From contig OZ219917.1 in assembly GCA_964291415.2 (NCBI GenBank), positions 512,001-576,000 of the forward strand: a stretch of 64,000 nucleotides of DNA, in the 5' to 3' direction. The notes under the pieces were generated by a model. That model had not been told where the DNA came from, ran no database searches, and worked only from the letters and a program-made list of their open reading frames with translations. The position numbers and the translations under genes are program-made. Source of the stretch: Alphaproteobacteria bacterium. Its GTDB lineage: Bacteria; Pseudomonadota; Alphaproteobacteria; SP197. Below are positions 38,235-49,678 of the stretch, piece by piece (positions within the stretch are counted from its first letter, which is position 1; each line of letters opens with the position of its first letter).

Positions 38235-39265
38235 CGGATGACAGCATAACCAAGCCGGTGCCTTCTGCACCTGAACGCCTGGTCGAGGTCGAGAATCTGG
38301 TGAAGCAATTCGGCCACCGCCGGTCTGGAACGCTTGTGCGTGCCGTCAACGGTGTCTCCTTCAGCGTTACGCGCGGCGCGGCACTCGGCCTGGTCGGCGA
38401 GAGCGGCAGCGGCAAGACCACGATTGGTCGCTGCATCCTCGGCCTGATACCGCCTACTTCGGGGCGTGTGCAGTACGGCAATGTCGATCTCGCCACCCTG
38501 ACAGGCCGCAGGCTCCGGAAGTTTCGCCGACATATGCAGATGGTCTTCCAGAATCCCTATGACTCGCTCAATCCGAGATGGCGCATCCGGGACATCCTCG
38601 AAGAACCGCTCATCCTTTCCGGTGATATGGCGAAACCGGACCGGCATGTGCGAATCAGGAACCTCCTCGGCCTGGTGCGACTCGACGAAACATTCCTAGA
38701 GCGCTTTCCGCACCAGCTCTCTGGCGGTCAGCAGCAGCGGGTCGGTATCGCACGGGCGCTCGCCACCAGTCCTGACCTCGTGGTGCTGGACGAGCCGACC
38801 TCGGCGCTCGACACCGTGACCCGCGCCGAGATCCTCGATCTTCTCAACAACCTGCGCAACGAGCTGGGCCTCACCTACATCTTCATTTCACATGATCTCT
38901 CGGCGGTGCGGCGGGTCTGCGATTCGATCGTCGTCATGTATCTCGGGCGCATCGTCGAGGAGGCGCAGGCCTTGCGTCTCTTCGCATCTCCCCGGCATCC
39001 CTATTCGCGCTCCCTGCTGTCGTCGCTACTCGAGCCACGGATCGATGGACGCAGTCAAAGAGTAAGGCTGCGCGGCGATCCTCCAAGCTCGATCGACCGC
39101 ACGCAAGGATGCCCGCTCCATGCACGTTGCCCGGTCGCGCAGCCGGACTGCGCTCGGGAATCCCAGGATCTCGTCGACATTGAACCGGGTCGGCGCGTGG
39201 CTTGCATGCGGGTAAGCCGTGGCGAGCCAATAGACTGGCAGGGAGCGTTCGACCGCACACAATAG
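38231..39265 (+). CDS. Dpp/Opp ABC ATP-binding protein (F subunit)
   Basis: GESGSGKTT, FPHQLSGGQQQR, LDEPTSALD, HPYS and GCPLHARC. Confidence 0.92.
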   Translation: MTDDSITKPVPSAPERLVEVENLVKQFGHRRSGTLVRAVNGVSFSVTRGAALGLVGESGSGKTTIGRCILGLIPPTSGRVQYGNVDLATLTGRRLRKFRRHMQMVFQNPYDSLNPRWRIRDILEEPLILSGDMAKPDRHVRIRNLLGLVRLDETFLERFPHQLSGGQQQRVGIARALATSPDLVVLDEPTSALDTVTRAEILDLLNNLRNELGLTYIFISHDLSAVRRVCDSIVVMYLGRIVEEAQALRLFASPRHPYSRSLLSSLLEPRIDGRSQRVRLRGDPPSSIDRTQGCPLHARCPVAQPDCARESQDLVDIEPGRRVACMRVSRGEPIDWQGAFDRTQ

Positions 39266-40002
39266 TTGTCCTGTAACTGCTCTCTCGTATTGGTTGTGGG
39301 CTGGGCGTTGTGCGATCGTGTTCCTGCCAGCGGAACAGATTGACTCGCCTCGGGTTTCGGCGTCGCGCCGCCTTCGCACTGACGCTGTTGGGGACGTGGT
39401 GATCGATGCGGTGAAGTGTGCCGAGATGGATGAGGAACACAAACCGCTCGAAAACCTCCTATTGTAACGACAGGACCATGGCGCTTTATGATCCGAAACG
39501 GAACCCGGTGATCCGCCACAATTGTCTGTGGATCTATGAGGCCGTTGCCGGTCCTGGTGGCTGGCGGCTCATCCTCGCATGTCCTGCTGCAGGCAATGTT
39601 CCCCACCTGTAGGGACGGGATGAGATCCCCACACGTCAAATGGGCCACCGGCCTCGATGAAGCGCCGGATTGGGTGATCGTATCGTAACGCACTATCGAC
39701 AAATGGTGCAGTGACAGACTGCCTGCGTTGTCAAGCGTGTTCTTCTCGTTGTGTTCCGCCGGGAACGCTTGCCTGAACCAGTTTGTGTGAATGAGAGCCG
39801 CGCTGCGCACCGATTGAGTTGTTGATGCCAACCGCAGTGCGGCGTAACGGATAATCATACCCCTATTCCGCTATTCGCGAACGGGGATAGGGCAGCACCG
39901 ATCGGAGCAGATGCAGATTTGGACGGCGGCGCCGGGCAAGCGTCGGGGATTTCCGGACGCTGACAAGCCGTTTCCTTTCGCCGGTACCCAGGGTCCTGGC
40001 GA

Positions 40003-40090
40003 TGGCGGAGGGGACGGGATTCGAACCCGTGAGGGCTTGCACCCAACACGCTTTCCAGGCGTGCGCCTTAGACCGCTCGGCCACCCCTCC
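40003..40090 (-). tRNA. tRNA-Ser(GGA)
   Basis: Reverse strand GGAGGGGTGGCCGAGCGGTCTAAGGCG-CACGC CTGGAAA GCGTG, long variable arm, GGTTCGAATCC, CCCTCCGCCA. Confidence 0.95.
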
Positions 40091-40141
40091 GTCTCGGAGA
40101 CGGCCGTGAACCTAGCGACTGCGGCGGATGCGGACAAGCGT

Positions 40142-41944
40142 TCAGTCGGCGAGCTTGAGGGCGGCGAGGAAGGCGTCCTGGGGGATCTCGACATTGCCGA
40201 ACTGGCGCATCCGCTTCTTCCCCCTCTTCTGGCGGTCGAGCAGCTTGCGCTTGCGGCTGACGTCGCCGCCATAGCACTTGGCCAGCACATCCTTGCGCAG
40301 GGCCGAGAGTGTCTCGCGGGCGACGATCCTGCCGCCGATGGCGGCCTGGATCGGCACCTTGAAGAGTTGCCGCGGGATGGCGTCCTTCAGTTTCTCGCAG
40401 ATCGCGCGGCCACGGGCTTCGGCCCGGCTGCGTTCGGCGATGAGGCTCAGACCGTCGACCTGCTCGCCGTTGACGAGGATGTCGATGCGCACGAGGTCGC
40501 CGGCGTGATAGCCGTCGAGATGGTAATCGAAACTCGCATAGCCGCTGGATACGGACTTGAGACGGTCGTGAAAATCGAAGACGACCTCGGCGAGCGGCAG
40601 GCGGTAGATCACCATCGCCCGGCCACCGGCATAGGTGAGGTCGACCTGTTCGCCACGTCTCGAGGTGACGAGGCGCAGCACCGAACCAAGATAGGTGTCG
40701 GGGACCATGATGGTGGCCCGGATCCACGGTTCCTCGATGACTTCGATCTCGGTCGGATCGGGAAGATCCGCCGGGTTGTGGAGGTCGAAGGTCTCCCCTG
40801 TCTTCCGCGTCACCCGGTAGACGACACTGGGGGCGGTGGCCAGGAGATCGAGGCCAAACTCGCGCTCGAGCCTCTCCTGGATGATCTCGAGGTGCAGGAC
40901 ACCGAGAAAGCCGCAGCGGAACCCGAAACCCAGGGCGGCCGAGTTTTCGGGCTCGAAGTGGAAACTGGCGTCGTTGAGCCTGAGTTTGCCGAGACTCTCG
41001 CGCAATTCGTTGTAGTCGCCCGAATCGGTGGTGAAGAGACCGCAGAAGACAACCGGCACGCTCGGTGCGAAGCCTTCGAGCGCGGTGGCCGTGGGCCGGC
41101 GGTCATCGGTGATGGTGTCACCGATCCGGCACTCGGCGATATCCTTGATCGCCGCGGTGATGAAGCCGATTTCGCCCGGACCAAGGGAGTCAACGAGGAC
41201 GGCCTTGGGCGTCATGATGCCCACCCGGTCGATTTCGCGCACCGCACCCGTCCCCAGCATCCTGATTCTCTGGCGCCTGGCGAGATGGCCGTCGAAGACT
41301 CGCACGAGGATGACGACGCCCAGATAGGGATCGTACCAGGAATCCACCAGAAGCGCCTTGAGAGGCCGGTCCTCCCCCTGGCTCGCCGGCGGTGGCAGGC
41401 GGGCGATGATGGCCCGGATCACCTCCGGCACATTGGTTCCGGCCTTGGCTGAGATGGGAACGGCGGCGCTGGCGTCTATGCCGATGGACTCCTCCACCTC
41501 GCGCCGGGTGCGTTCCGTATCGGCTGCCACCAGGTCGGTCTTGTTGATGACGGGGAGGATCTCGAGGTCCGCCTCGATCGCCAGGTACGCATTGGCAACC
41601 GTCTGTGCCTCGACCCCCTGTGTGGCATCGACGATGAGGATGGCGCCTTCGCAGGCCCGCATGCTGCGGCTGACCTCGTACGTGAAGTCGACATGACCCG
41701 GGGTATCGATGAGATTGATGAGCCAGGAGTCGCCGTCGTCATCGTCCCAGGTAAGGCGGACCGTCTGGGCCTTGATGGTGATGCCGCGTTCCCTCTCGAG
41801 ATCCATGGCATCGAGAACCTGGCCGCGCATTTCCCGCTCGTCCAGGCCGCCGCAGACCTCGATCAGACGATCGGCCAGGGTCGACTTGCCATGATCGATG
41901 TGGGCGACAATCGCGACATTCCGGATGTGATCGAGCTTCACCAT
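40142..41944 (-). CDS. lepA: Translation elongation factor 4
   Basis: [32 protein letters not shown] and [14 protein letters not shown]. Confidence 0.97.
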   Translation of the reverse strand: MVKLDHIRNVAIVAHIDHGKSTLADRLIEVCGGLDEREMRGQVLDAMDLERERGITIKAQTVRLTWDDDDGDSWLINLIDTPGHVDFTYEVSRSMRACEGAILIVDATQGVEAQTVANAYLAIEADLEILPVINKTDLVAADTERTRREVEESIGIDASAAVPISAKAGTNVPEVIRAIIARLPPPASQGEDRPLKALLVDSWYDPYLGVVILVRVFDGHLARRQRIRMLGTGAVREIDRVGIMTPKAVLVDSLGPGEIGFITAAIKDIAECRIGDTITDDRRPTATALEGFAPSVPVVFCGLFTTDSGDYNELRESLGKLRLNDASFHFEPENSAALGFGFRCGFLGVLHLEIIQERLEREFGLDLLATAPSVVYRVTRKTGETFDLHNPADLPDPTEIEVIEEPWIRATIMVPDTYLGSVLRLVTSRRGEQVDLTYAGGRAMVIYRLPLAEVVFDFHDRLKSVSSGYASFDYHLDGYHAGDLVRIDILVNGEQVDGLSLIAERSRAEARGRAICEKLKDAIPRQLFKVPIQAAIGGRIVARETLSALRKDVLAKCYGGDVSRKRKLLDRQKRGKKRMRQFGNVEIPQDAFLAALKLAD

Positions 41945-41947
41945 GGG

Positions 41948-44347
41948 TCATTGCGCACGCAGGGTCCCGCCGGTGCGCTTGCGTACGGCCTCGACGATGC
42001 GTCCGGAGAGGGCCTCGATCTCGTTCTCGGTCAGGCTTGCCTCTTCGGGCTGGAAGGTCACGGCTACGGCCAGCGAGACCTTGCCGTCGGCAATTCCGGA
42101 CCCGGTATAGCGATCGAAGACCTCCACGTCCTGGATGAGGGTCCTCGCCGTGCCGGCGATGGCGCGCAGCACCCGGGAGGCAGGCACGTCCGAATCGACA
42201 AGGAAGGCGAAGTCGCGGCGCACCGGCTGGAAACGCGACAGGCGGAGGTCCGGACGCGCCGGCGACCGGGTTCGCGGTCGGGGCAGTGCCTCGAGATGGA
42301 GTTCGAAGACAACGGCAGGGCCGGCAACGTCGAGGGAACGGAGAATCTCCGGATGCACCTCGCCGAAGGAAGCAAGGGCATTGGGTCCGAGTCTGAGGAC
42401 CCCTGAACGCCCGGGGTGAAACCACGTCTCGGCGTCGGCTGTCGTGTCGAGTCGAACGGTCGGGACGCCCATCGCGTCAAGAATCGCCACGGCATCGGCC
42501 TTGGCATCGAAAGCGTCGACATCCCGGTCGCCACCGCACCAGTGTCGTGGTCCGGTGCGCCCTGTTCTCAGTCCGGCGATGGCCGTCTTCTGGTCCCGGA
42601 TGTCATGGTAGACGGGGCCGATCTCGAAGAGGGCGGGATCCCGCAACCCTCTCGCCTGGTTGCGCGCCGCCGCCTCGAGGAGGCCGGGGATCAGGGAGGG
42701 ACGCATCGCCGACATGTCCGAAGAGATCGGATTGACCAGTTCCAGTCCGTCATTGCCGCCGCCAAACATGCGGGCCCTGGCCGAGGCGATGAAGGAGTAG
42801 GTGACCGCTTCGTCGAGACCTTTCGCCGCGAGGATCCGACGGGCCCGGCGCAGTCTCTTCTGCCCGGACGAGAGGGCATCGCGCGGGATGCCGCCGGACC
42901 GCGGCAGCGTGGCCATCGGGATCTCGTCGAATCCGTGAATGCGCAGGATCTCCTCGATGACGTCCGGTTCGCACTCCATGTCATGACGCCATGACGGCAC
43001 GGTGACGGACCAGGCATCCTGGCCTGCCGCGCGGACCGCAAAGCCGAGGTCGTCGAGTATGGATGAGGCGCGGTCTTCCGGAATGTCGATGCCTCCCAGC
43101 GAACGGACCCGCGACGGGCGCACGTCCATCACCTGGCGTGCCACCGGAACCGAACCTGCGGTCACAACGTGACTCGCCTCGCCGCCGCAGATCTCCAGGA
43201 TCAGGCGGGTCGCGATCTCCATGCTCGCGGGCGCGAAGGCATCGTCGATGCCCCGCTCGAAGCGCTGGCGGGCATCGCTCACCAGGTTGAGCTTGCGGCC
43301 GGTGGCCGCCGTGCGCAGCGGATCGAAGAGGGCGATCTCGAGAAAGCCCTCGCTTGTCGTTTCGTCGGCCCCGGTTCCCGTGCCGCCGATGACACCGCCG
43401 AGTCCCAGCATCCCGGACGAATCGAAGATGACGGTCATCTCGTCATCAGGCTCGTATACCTTGCCGTCGAGGGCCTCGAAGCTCTCGCCCGGGCGTGCCA
43501 GCCTCGCACCGATCGGTCCGTTGACCTTGCGGGCATCGTAGATGTGCGCCGGGCGTCCGATATCCAGCGTGAGCCAGTTGGTGATGTCGACGAGCGCGGT
43601 GATGGGACGCAGGCCGACGGCTTCGAGTTTCCGGCGCATCCAATCCGGACTCGGACCGTTCGCGAGCCCCCGGAAGTGGCGGCCCAGGAAGGCCGGACAG
43701 GCGTCCTCAATGCCGGGTGCGAAGTCGAGTTCGATGGCAAGGGGGCTGTCATAGGTTCCCGGACAAGGTGCCGTGTCGAGGGGCAGGAGTTTCCCGAGAC
43801 CGGCTGCGGCGAGATCCCGGGCGATGCCGCGCACGCCGAAGCAATCGCCCCTGTCGGGGGTCACGGAAAGATCGATGACGGGATCGTCGAGGCCGGCGAC
43901 GGCGGCAAAGGAGGTTCCGACCGGTGTCTCAACGGGCAACTCGATGATCCCCTCGTGTTCGTCGGAAAGGCCCAGTTCGCGCTCCGAACAGAGCATGCCG
44001 CGACTCTCGACGCCCCTGATCACGGTGTTCTTGAGGTCGAGACCGGTTCCCGGGATGTGGCTGCCGGACGGCGCGAAGACACCCACCATGCCGGCCCGCG
44101 CGTTGGGTGCGCCGCAGACCACCTGGATTTGCGCATCCGCCGTTTCGACCAGGCACACCCGAAGCCTCTCGGCGTCGGGATGGGGTTCTGCGGACACCAC
44201 GCGCCCGGCCGTGAAGGGAGCGAGTTCAGGTGAACGGTCCTCGACCCCTTCGACCTCGAGGCCGATGCGGTTGAGCGTTGCGACAATCTCGTCGAGCGAA
44301 GCGCTCGTTTCGAGATGCCGTTTCAGCCATGCGAGCGTCAGTTTCAT
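41948..44347 (-). CDS. pheT: Phenylalanine-tRNA ligase beta subunit
   Basis: MKLTLAWL, VVCGAPN, GMLCSEREL, TPDRGD, RFERG and RRDFAF. Confidence 0.97.
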   Translation of the reverse strand: MKLTLAWLKRHLETSASLDEIVATLNRIGLEVEGVEDRSPELAPFTAGRVVSAEPHPDAERLRVCLVETADAQIQVVCGAPNARAGMVGVFAPSGSHIPGTGLDLKNTVIRGVESRGMLCSERELGLSDEHEGIIELPVETPVGTSFAAVAGLDDPVIDLSVTPDRGDCFGVRGIARDLAAAGLGKLLPLDTAPCPGTYDSPLAIELDFAPGIEDACPAFLGRHFRGLANGPSPDWMRRKLEAVGLRPITALVDITNWLTLDIGRPAHIYDARKVNGPIGARLARPGESFEALDGKVYEPDDEMTVIFDSSGMLGLGGVIGGTGTGADETTSEGFLEIALFDPLRTAATGRKLNLVSDARQRFERGIDDAFAPASMEIATRLILEICGGEASHVVTAGSVPVARQVMDVRPSRVRSLGGIDIPEDRASSILDDLGFAVRAAGQDAWSVTVPSWRHDMECEPDVIEEILRIHGFDEIPMATLPRSGGIPRDALSSGQKRLRRARRILAAKGLDEAVTYSFIASARARMFGGGNDGLELVNPISSDMSAMRPSLIPGLLEAAARNQARGLRDPALFEIGPVYHDIRDQKTAIAGLRTGRTGPRHWCGGDRDVDAFDAKADAVAILDAMGVPTVRLDTTADAETWFHPGRSGVLRLGPNALASFGEVHPEILRSLDVAGPAVVFELHLEALPRPRTRSPARPDLRLSRFQPVRRDFAFLVDSDVPASRVLRAIAGTARTLIQDVEVFDRYTGSGIADGKVSLAVAVTFQPEEASLTENEIEALSGRIVEAVRKRTGGTLRAQ

Positions 44348-44378
44348 GGTGCAGGCAGCGTCAGGTAGAGCGTGGCGG

Positions 44379-45458
44379 TCATGGCGTCAGTCCGCCATAG
44401 AGGGTGGGCACGTCGAGCGGCCTGAATCCGTAGTGACGCAGCCAGCGCAGATCGGCATCGAAGAAACCGCGCAGATCCGGAATGGCGTACTTCAGCATGG
44501 CGAGGCGGTCGATTCCGAGACCAAAGGCGAAGCCCTGCCACGCCTCCGGGTCCACGCCGCCGTTGGCGAGCACACGGGGATGCACCATGCCGCTTCCGAG
44601 AATCTCCATCCAGCCTGCGCCTTCGCCAATGGTGAGTCGGTCGCCGGAGAAGGAACAGCCGATGTCCACCTCCATGGACGGAGACGTGAAGGGAAAATAG
44701 CTCGGCCGGAAGCGCATCGGCACATCATCGACGCCGAAGAAGGCCTCGACAAACTGACGCAGACAGCCCTTGAGATGACCCATGTGAATGGCCCGCTCGA
44801 TCACCAGGCCCTCGACCTGGTGGAACATGGGCGTGTGGGTGAGATCGCTGTCGCTTCTGTAGGTGCGGCCCGGAGCGATGATACGGATGGGTGGCGCGTT
44901 CTCCAGCATGTGGCGGATCTGCACCGGAGAGGTGTGGGTGCGCAGCACGGGCCGGGCTCCGTCGTCGACAGGCGGCAGGTAGAAAGTGTCGTGCTCCTGG
45001 CGCGCCGGATGTTCCTCCGGAATGTTGAGGGCGGTGAAATTGAACCAGTCGTCCTCGATGTCGGGACCCTCGGCCACCGTGAAACCCATGTCGGCAAGGA
45101 TGGCGATGATTTCGTCGGTTGCCTGGCTGACGGGGTGCACCGTGCCGTCGGATGCGGGTCGTTCCGGGAGTGTGACATCGATGCGTTCGGCCTCGAGACG
45201 GGCTTCGAGGCGCGCGCGGTCGAGTTCCTCCCGGCGCCGGTCGATGGCGGACTGAAGGTCGTTCTTTGCGGTATTCAGCTCCTGACCGGCCTGGCGCCTC
45301 GCTTGCGGATCCAGGGCGCCAAGTCCCTTCATCAGGAGCGTGACCGAGCCCTTGCGTCCCAGTGCGGCGACACGGATGGCATCAAGTCGGGCGGTGTCCC
45401 CGGCACCGGCTATGGCGTCGAGGGTGTCGTTGAGAATGGTGGCGATGCGGTCGTTCAT
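44379..45458 (-). CDS. pheS: Phenylalanine-tRNA ligase alpha subunit
   Basis: [37 protein letters not shown] and [10 protein letters not shown]. Confidence 0.97.
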   Translation of the reverse strand: MNDRIATILNDTLDAIAGAGDTARLDAIRVAALGRKGSVTLLMKGLGALDPQARRQAGQELNTAKNDLQSAIDRRREELDRARLEARLEAERIDVTLPERPASDGTVHPVSQATDEIIAILADMGFTVAEGPDIEDDWFNFTALNIPEEHPARQEHDTFYLPPVDDGARPVLRTHTSPVQIRHMLENAPPIRIIAPGRTYRSDSDLTHTPMFHQVEGLVIERAIHMGHLKGCLRQFVEAFFGVDDVPMRFRPSYFPFTSPSMEVDIGCSFSGDRLTIGEGAGWMEILGSGMVHPRVLANGGVDPEAWQGFAFGLGIDRLAMLKYAIPDLRGFFDADLRWLRHYGFRPLDVPTLYGGLTP

Positions 45459-45469
45459 GAGAGGGGTCC

Positions 45470-45503
45470 AAACAGCACAAAGGGGCCTCGGAGGAGGCCC
45501 CTT
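45470..45503 (-). terminator. Rho-independent terminator after rplT
   Basis: Minus strand AAGGGGCCTC-CTCC-GAGGCCCCTT followed by TGTGCTGTTT. Confidence 0.65.
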
Positions 45504-45540
45504 CGCCGGTCAGGTTCTGGTCCGTCAGTCTGTCTGTCGA

Positions 45541-45906
45541 TCAGGCAGCGCTGGAGACCGCCGAGCGGGCCTCGTCACACAACTTGCTAAACGATGCGGG
45601 TTCCCGTGCCGCAAGGTCGGCCAGGATCTTGCGGTCAAGGTCGACTCCGGCAAGCTTGAGACCGTGCATGAATTGCCCGTAGGTGAGGCCGTGCTGCCTC
45701 GCTCCCGCGTTGATGCGCTGGATCCACAGGCGGCGGAAATCGCGCTTGCGCGTGCGGCGGTCACGATAGGCGTACTGCAGGCCCTTCTCGAGACGCATCA
45801 GGGCCACGGAATAGCAGCTGTTGGCGCGACCCCGGTACCCCCTGGTCTGCTTGAGAACTTTCTTGTGACGTGCGTGGGACGTCGTCCCGCGTTTGACTCT
45901 GGCCAT
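45541..45906 (-). CDS. rplT: 50S ribosomal protein L20
   Basis: [26 protein letters not shown] and [10 protein letters not shown]. Confidence 0.97.
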   Translation of the reverse strand: MARVKRGTTSHARHKKVLKQTRGYRGRANSCYSVALMRLEKGLQYAYRDRRTRKRDFRRLWIQRINAGARQHGLTYGQFMHGLKLAGVDLDRKILADLAAREPASFSKLCDEARSAVSSAA

Positions 45907-45933
45907 CGTTCAACGTGTCCGGTCTGGTGTGTG

Positions 45934-46131
45934 TCAGCCGCCGGCCAGCAGACGGCGGATCATCTTCCCGTCTGCCGGGCTTACCCCCGTCGTGCCGCGC
46001 GTGGTCCTCAGGAACCTCTTCGTCCGGCGGCGCATGAAGTGGCGCTTGCCGGCAAAGTTGCGGCGCAACTTGCCGCTTCCGGTCGTCGAGAACCGCTTCT
46101 TCACCGAACTTTTGGACTTGAGCTTCGGCAT
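45934..46131 (-). CDS. rpmI: 50S ribosomal protein L35
   Basis: MPKLKSKSSVKKRF..TGSGK..AGKRH. Confidence 0.95.
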   Translation of the reverse strand: MPKLKSKSSVKKRFSTTGSGKLRRNFAGKRHFMRRRTKRFLRTTRGTTGVSPADGKMIRRLLAGG

Positions 46132-46215
46132 CGCACCAATCCGGTCTCCGTCAGGGAATGACCCCACTGAGGGGAACGCCGTCATACTCTCTTGCCCGGG
46201 GTAATTCAAGGGGCG

Positions 46216-46755
46216 CTACTTCGGCGCCATCACCATGATCATCTGGCGCCCTTCCATGCGCGGCATCATTTCGATCTTGGCGAGTTCCTGCGCCTCGTCC
46301 CGGATGCGCTCGAGAAGGTTCCTGCCGATCTCCGGATGGGCGAGTTCGCGGCCGCGGAAACGGATGGTGACCTTCACCTTGTCCCCGTCACCGATGAACC
46401 GGGCAAGGGCGCGCATCTTCACGCCGTAGTCGTGATCATCGATGTTGGGGCGCATCTTGATTTCCTTGACGTCGAAGGTCTTCTGGCGCTTGCGCGCCTC
46501 ATTGGCCTTCTTTTGCGCCTCGTACTTGTACTTCCCGTAATCAAGCAGCTTGCAGACCGGCGGATCGGCGTTGGGAGACACCTCGACGAGATCGAGGCCG
46601 GAATCCTCTGCGGCTCTCAGTGCTGCCTGGAGAGTGACGACACCCACCTGCGCTCCGTCGGCTGAAATGAGCCGGACGCTGGGCGCCATGATGTCCTCGT
46701 TGGCCCGCGGTCCCGACTTGACAGGCGGGGCCATGTTTTGTCCGTAGCGTGCTAT
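46216..46755 (-). CDS. infC: Translation initiation factor IF-3 (probable ATA start)
   Basis: [24 protein letters not shown] and [10 protein letters not shown]; in-frame ATA at 46755 with AGGAG 8 nt upstream. Confidence 0.93.
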   Translation of the reverse strand: MARYGQNMAPPVKSGPRANEDIMAPSVRLISADGAQVGVVTLQAALRAAEDSGLDLVEVSPNADPPVCKLLDYGKYKYEAQKKANEARKRQKTFDVKEIKMRPNIDDHDYGVKMRALARFIGDGDKVKVTIRFRGRELAHPEIGRNLLERIRDEAQELAKIEMMPRMEGRQMIMVMAPK

Positions 46756-46775
46756 GTAACCAACTCCTCGCGTTA

Positions 46776-48722
46776 TCAGGTCTTTCGGGCAAGATCCGGC
46801 GGAACGGATTGTGCGCCGAGTGTATGGATGGCGGCGTCAAGATCAAGGACTTGCTGCTCCTTGCTGCCGAGTCGGCGCAGCGAAACCTTGCGTTCCTCCT
46901 TCTCGCGCCGACCGAGGGCAAGGAGCACCGGCACCTTCGATACCGAATGCCGCCGTACCTTGTAGCCGATCTTCTCTGATCCGGTATCGATGACGCCGGC
47001 GAGTCCGGCGGCCGCGAGGCGTGAGTGCACCTCTTCGGCATAGTCATCGGCATCGTTGGTGATGGTCGCCACGGCATACTGGACCGGCGCCAGCCACAGC
47101 GGGAAGTTCCCGGCGTAGTGTTCGATCAGGATGGCGATGAAGCGCTCGAACGAGCCGAGTATCGCGCGATGCAGCAACACCGGGCGGCGCCGTTCGCCAT
47201 TCTCCGCGACATAGGTGGCATTGAGCCGTTCGGGCAGGACAAAATCCACCTGCAGGGTGCCGCACTGCCAGTCACGGCCGATGGCATCACGCAGATGGAA
47301 CTCCAGCTTCGGACCATAGAAGGCACCCTCACCCGGATTGTAGGACATCTCCAGTCCCGTGCCTGATGCCGCCTCGCGGAGCGCCTCTTCCGCCTGATCC
47401 CATACGGCATCGTCGCCGGCGCGCACCGCCGGGCGGTCGGCGAACCGGACCGAAAACTCGGCAAATCCGAGATCACGGTAGACCGATTCCAGCAGCTCGC
47501 AGAAACGGACGGTCTCGGAGGCGACCTCTTCCTCCGTGCAGAAGATATGCGCATCGTCCTGGGTGAAGGAGCGGACGCGCAACAGTCCATGGAGGGCGCC
47601 GGAAGGTTCGTAGCGCAGGCAGGAGCCGAACTCGGCCATGCGCAGCGGCAGGTCACGGTAGCTCCTCACTCCCTGGCGGAAGATCTGCACGTGACAGGGG
47701 CAGTTCATCGGCTTCATGGCCCAGATGCGTTCGTCTTCCGTGGTCGCCGTGAACATGTTTTCGCGGAACTTTTCCCAGTGACCGGAATCCTCCCACAATG
47801 ACCGCGCCACCATCTGCGGCGTGTTGACTTCCTGGTAGCCGGCGTCCTCGAGACGACGGCGCATGTAGTCCTGGAGGGTACGGTAGAGGCGCCAGCCGGA
47901 GGCATGCCAGAAGGCCGAGCCGACAGCCTCGTCCTGGAAATGAAAGAGATCCATCTCGCGCCCGAGACGCCGGTGGTCGCGCCTCGCGGCCTCCTCGAGG
48001 CGGTCCAGCCAGGCCTTCAGCTGCGCCTTGTCGGGCCAGGCCGTGCCGTAGATGCGTTGCAGCATCGCATTGCGGCTGTCGCCCCTCCAGTAGGCTCCGG
48101 CGAGGCGCGTGAGACGAAAGGCCTTCGGCAGTCTTCCCGTGGACGGAAGGTGCGGCCCCCGGCACAGGTCGATCCAGTCGCCCTGCCGGTAGAGCGTGAT
48201 GGTCTCGTCGACAGGAAGGTCGCGGATGATTTCCGCCTTGTAGGCCTCGCCGATGGACTCGAAGAAGCGCGCCGCCTCGTCGCGGTCCCAGACTTCGCGG
48301 CTGATCGGTTCATCGCGGTCAACGATTTCCATCATCCGGGCCTCGATGGCCTCCATGTCTGCGGGCGTGAACGGTTCGTCGCGGGCGAAGTCGTAGTAGA
48401 ATCCGTCGTCTATCACCGGTCCGATCGTCACCTGGACCTCGGGAAAGAGTTCCTTCGCCGCCTGTGCCAGCACATGGGCGGCATCGTGGCGCAGCAGTTC
48501 GAGGGCCTCCGCCGACCTTGATGTCACGATCTCGACGACTGCATCGTGCTCGATTTCCCTGCCAAGGTCGCGCAGGTCACCGTCGACCTTCACCGCCCAG
48601 GCAGCCCGCGCCAGACCGTGGCCGATGGATGCCGCCACGTCCGCACCGGTAACCGGAGAGGCGTACGTGCGGCTGGAACCGTCAGGCAGCGTGACGTCGA
48701 TGGTTCCCGGGCTGATGTTCAT
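46776..48722 (-). CDS. thrS: Threonine-tRNA ligase
   Basis: TGS domain, RHDAAH, DLCRGPH, RDHRRLG, KPMNCP, FYGPK and [11 protein letters not shown]. Confidence 0.97.
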   Translation of the reverse strand: MNISPGTIDVTLPDGSSRTYASPVTGADVAASIGHGLARAAWAVKVDGDLRDLGREIEHDAVVEIVTSRSAEALELLRHDAAHVLAQAAKELFPEVQVTIGPVIDDGFYYDFARDEPFTPADMEAIEARMMEIVDRDEPISREVWDRDEAARFFESIGEAYKAEIIRDLPVDETITLYRQGDWIDLCRGPHLPSTGRLPKAFRLTRLAGAYWRGDSRNAMLQRIYGTAWPDKAQLKAWLDRLEEAARRDHRRLGREMDLFHFQDEAVGSAFWHASGWRLYRTLQDYMRRRLEDAGYQEVNTPQMVARSLWEDSGHWEKFRENMFTATTEDERIWAMKPMNCPCHVQIFRQGVRSYRDLPLRMAEFGSCLRYEPSGALHGLLRVRSFTQDDAHIFCTEEEVASETVRFCELLESVYRDLGFAEFSVRFADRPAVRAGDDAVWDQAEEALREAASGTGLEMSYNPGEGAFYGPKLEFHLRDAIGRDWQCGTLQVDFVLPERLNATYVAENGERRRPVLLHRAILGSFERFIAILIEHYAGNFPLWLAPVQYAVATITNDADDYAEEVHSRLAAAGLAGVIDTGSEKIGYKVRRHSVSKVPVLLALGRREKEERKVSLRRLGSKEQQVLDLDAAIHTLGAQSVPPDLARKT

Positions 48723-49678
48723 GCCTTCAGGGTTTCCGGCGGTGAGCGATGCCATACATGGAGGCTGTGCAGGGCTTGTGCAACCTCTTCCGGAGCAAGA
48801 TCGTCGAGCGCGTCGCGGCGCAGCACCGTCACGCGCGGACCGTGGGGTCGTGAAAGCGCCGGGTCGGATGCCCTTGAGAACAGAACGGCGCAGGCGCAGC
48901 CGGTCGTGGCGGCGATATGCATTGGCCCCGTATCGTTGCCGACGGCGAAAACCGCGTGACGCGCCAGGGCAACGATCTCCTCGAGACTGGTTCGTCCCAT
49001 CATGTTGACGATGGCGGGATCGGTGGCGGCAATCCGTTCGAGGACATCGGCTTCGTGCGGACTGCCGATGAGCAGGGGCGTGATGCCGCGCTCGAGCATG
49101 AGGCGGGCGAGAGTGGAAAAGTGCGCGGCCGGCCATCTCTTTTCCGGACGGTGCGGCGCACAGCCGGGCACCATCAGCGCCGTGTGGCCGACGGGCATGC
49201 CGGCGGGTGGCGGAGTGCGAATCATCGACAGGTCGGGAGGCAGGATCCGCGGTACGCCGGCGCGGCGCAATTGACGTGCATGACGCTCGACGGGGTGGTG
49301 CCGCACGAGTTCGCGGCGATGGTTATGGAGGGTACAGCCACGGGCCACACCCGACCACTCGGGCCGTGGCCGCCGCAGCAGATGGTAGTAGGCGCAAGTG
49401 CGATCGGAGATCTGCAGATCGTAGACGCGCTCGAATGCGCCGGAATCGAGACGTCTCTTGTGAGCCAGGATGCCGGCCGGCTTCCACCACACCGGCCGCC
49501 GGTCGATCCAGACTTCGTCGAACCAGCCGCCGGCGCGGCCAAGGCCGGCATAGGCCGGGCGTGTCAGAAGCACGATGTGGGCGGTGTCGTGGAAGGCGCG
49601 GATCGATGCGAAGGCGCCGCTGGCCATGACGAAGTCCCCGAGGGCTCCAAGCCTGATGACGAGAATCCTTCCCGTCAT
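48719..49678 (-). CDS. Glycosyltransferase family 9 (heptosyltransferase-like)
   Basis: [18 protein letters not shown] and [10 protein letters not shown]. Confidence 0.9.
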   Translation of the reverse strand: MTGRILVIRLGALGDFVMASGAFASIRAFHDTAHIVLLTRPAYAGLGRAGGWFDEVWIDRRPVWWKPAGILAHKRRLDSGAFERVYDLQISDRTCAYYHLLRRPRPEWSGVARGCTLHNHRRELVRHHPVERHARQLRRAGVPRILPPDLSMIRTPPPAGMPVGHTALMVPGCAPHRPEKRWPAAHFSTLARLMLERGITPLLIGSPHEADVLERIAATDPAIVNMMGRTSLEEIVALARHAVFAVGNDTGPMHIAATTGCACAVLFSRASDPALSRPHGPRVTVLRRDALDDLAPEEVAQALHSLHVWHRSPPETLKA

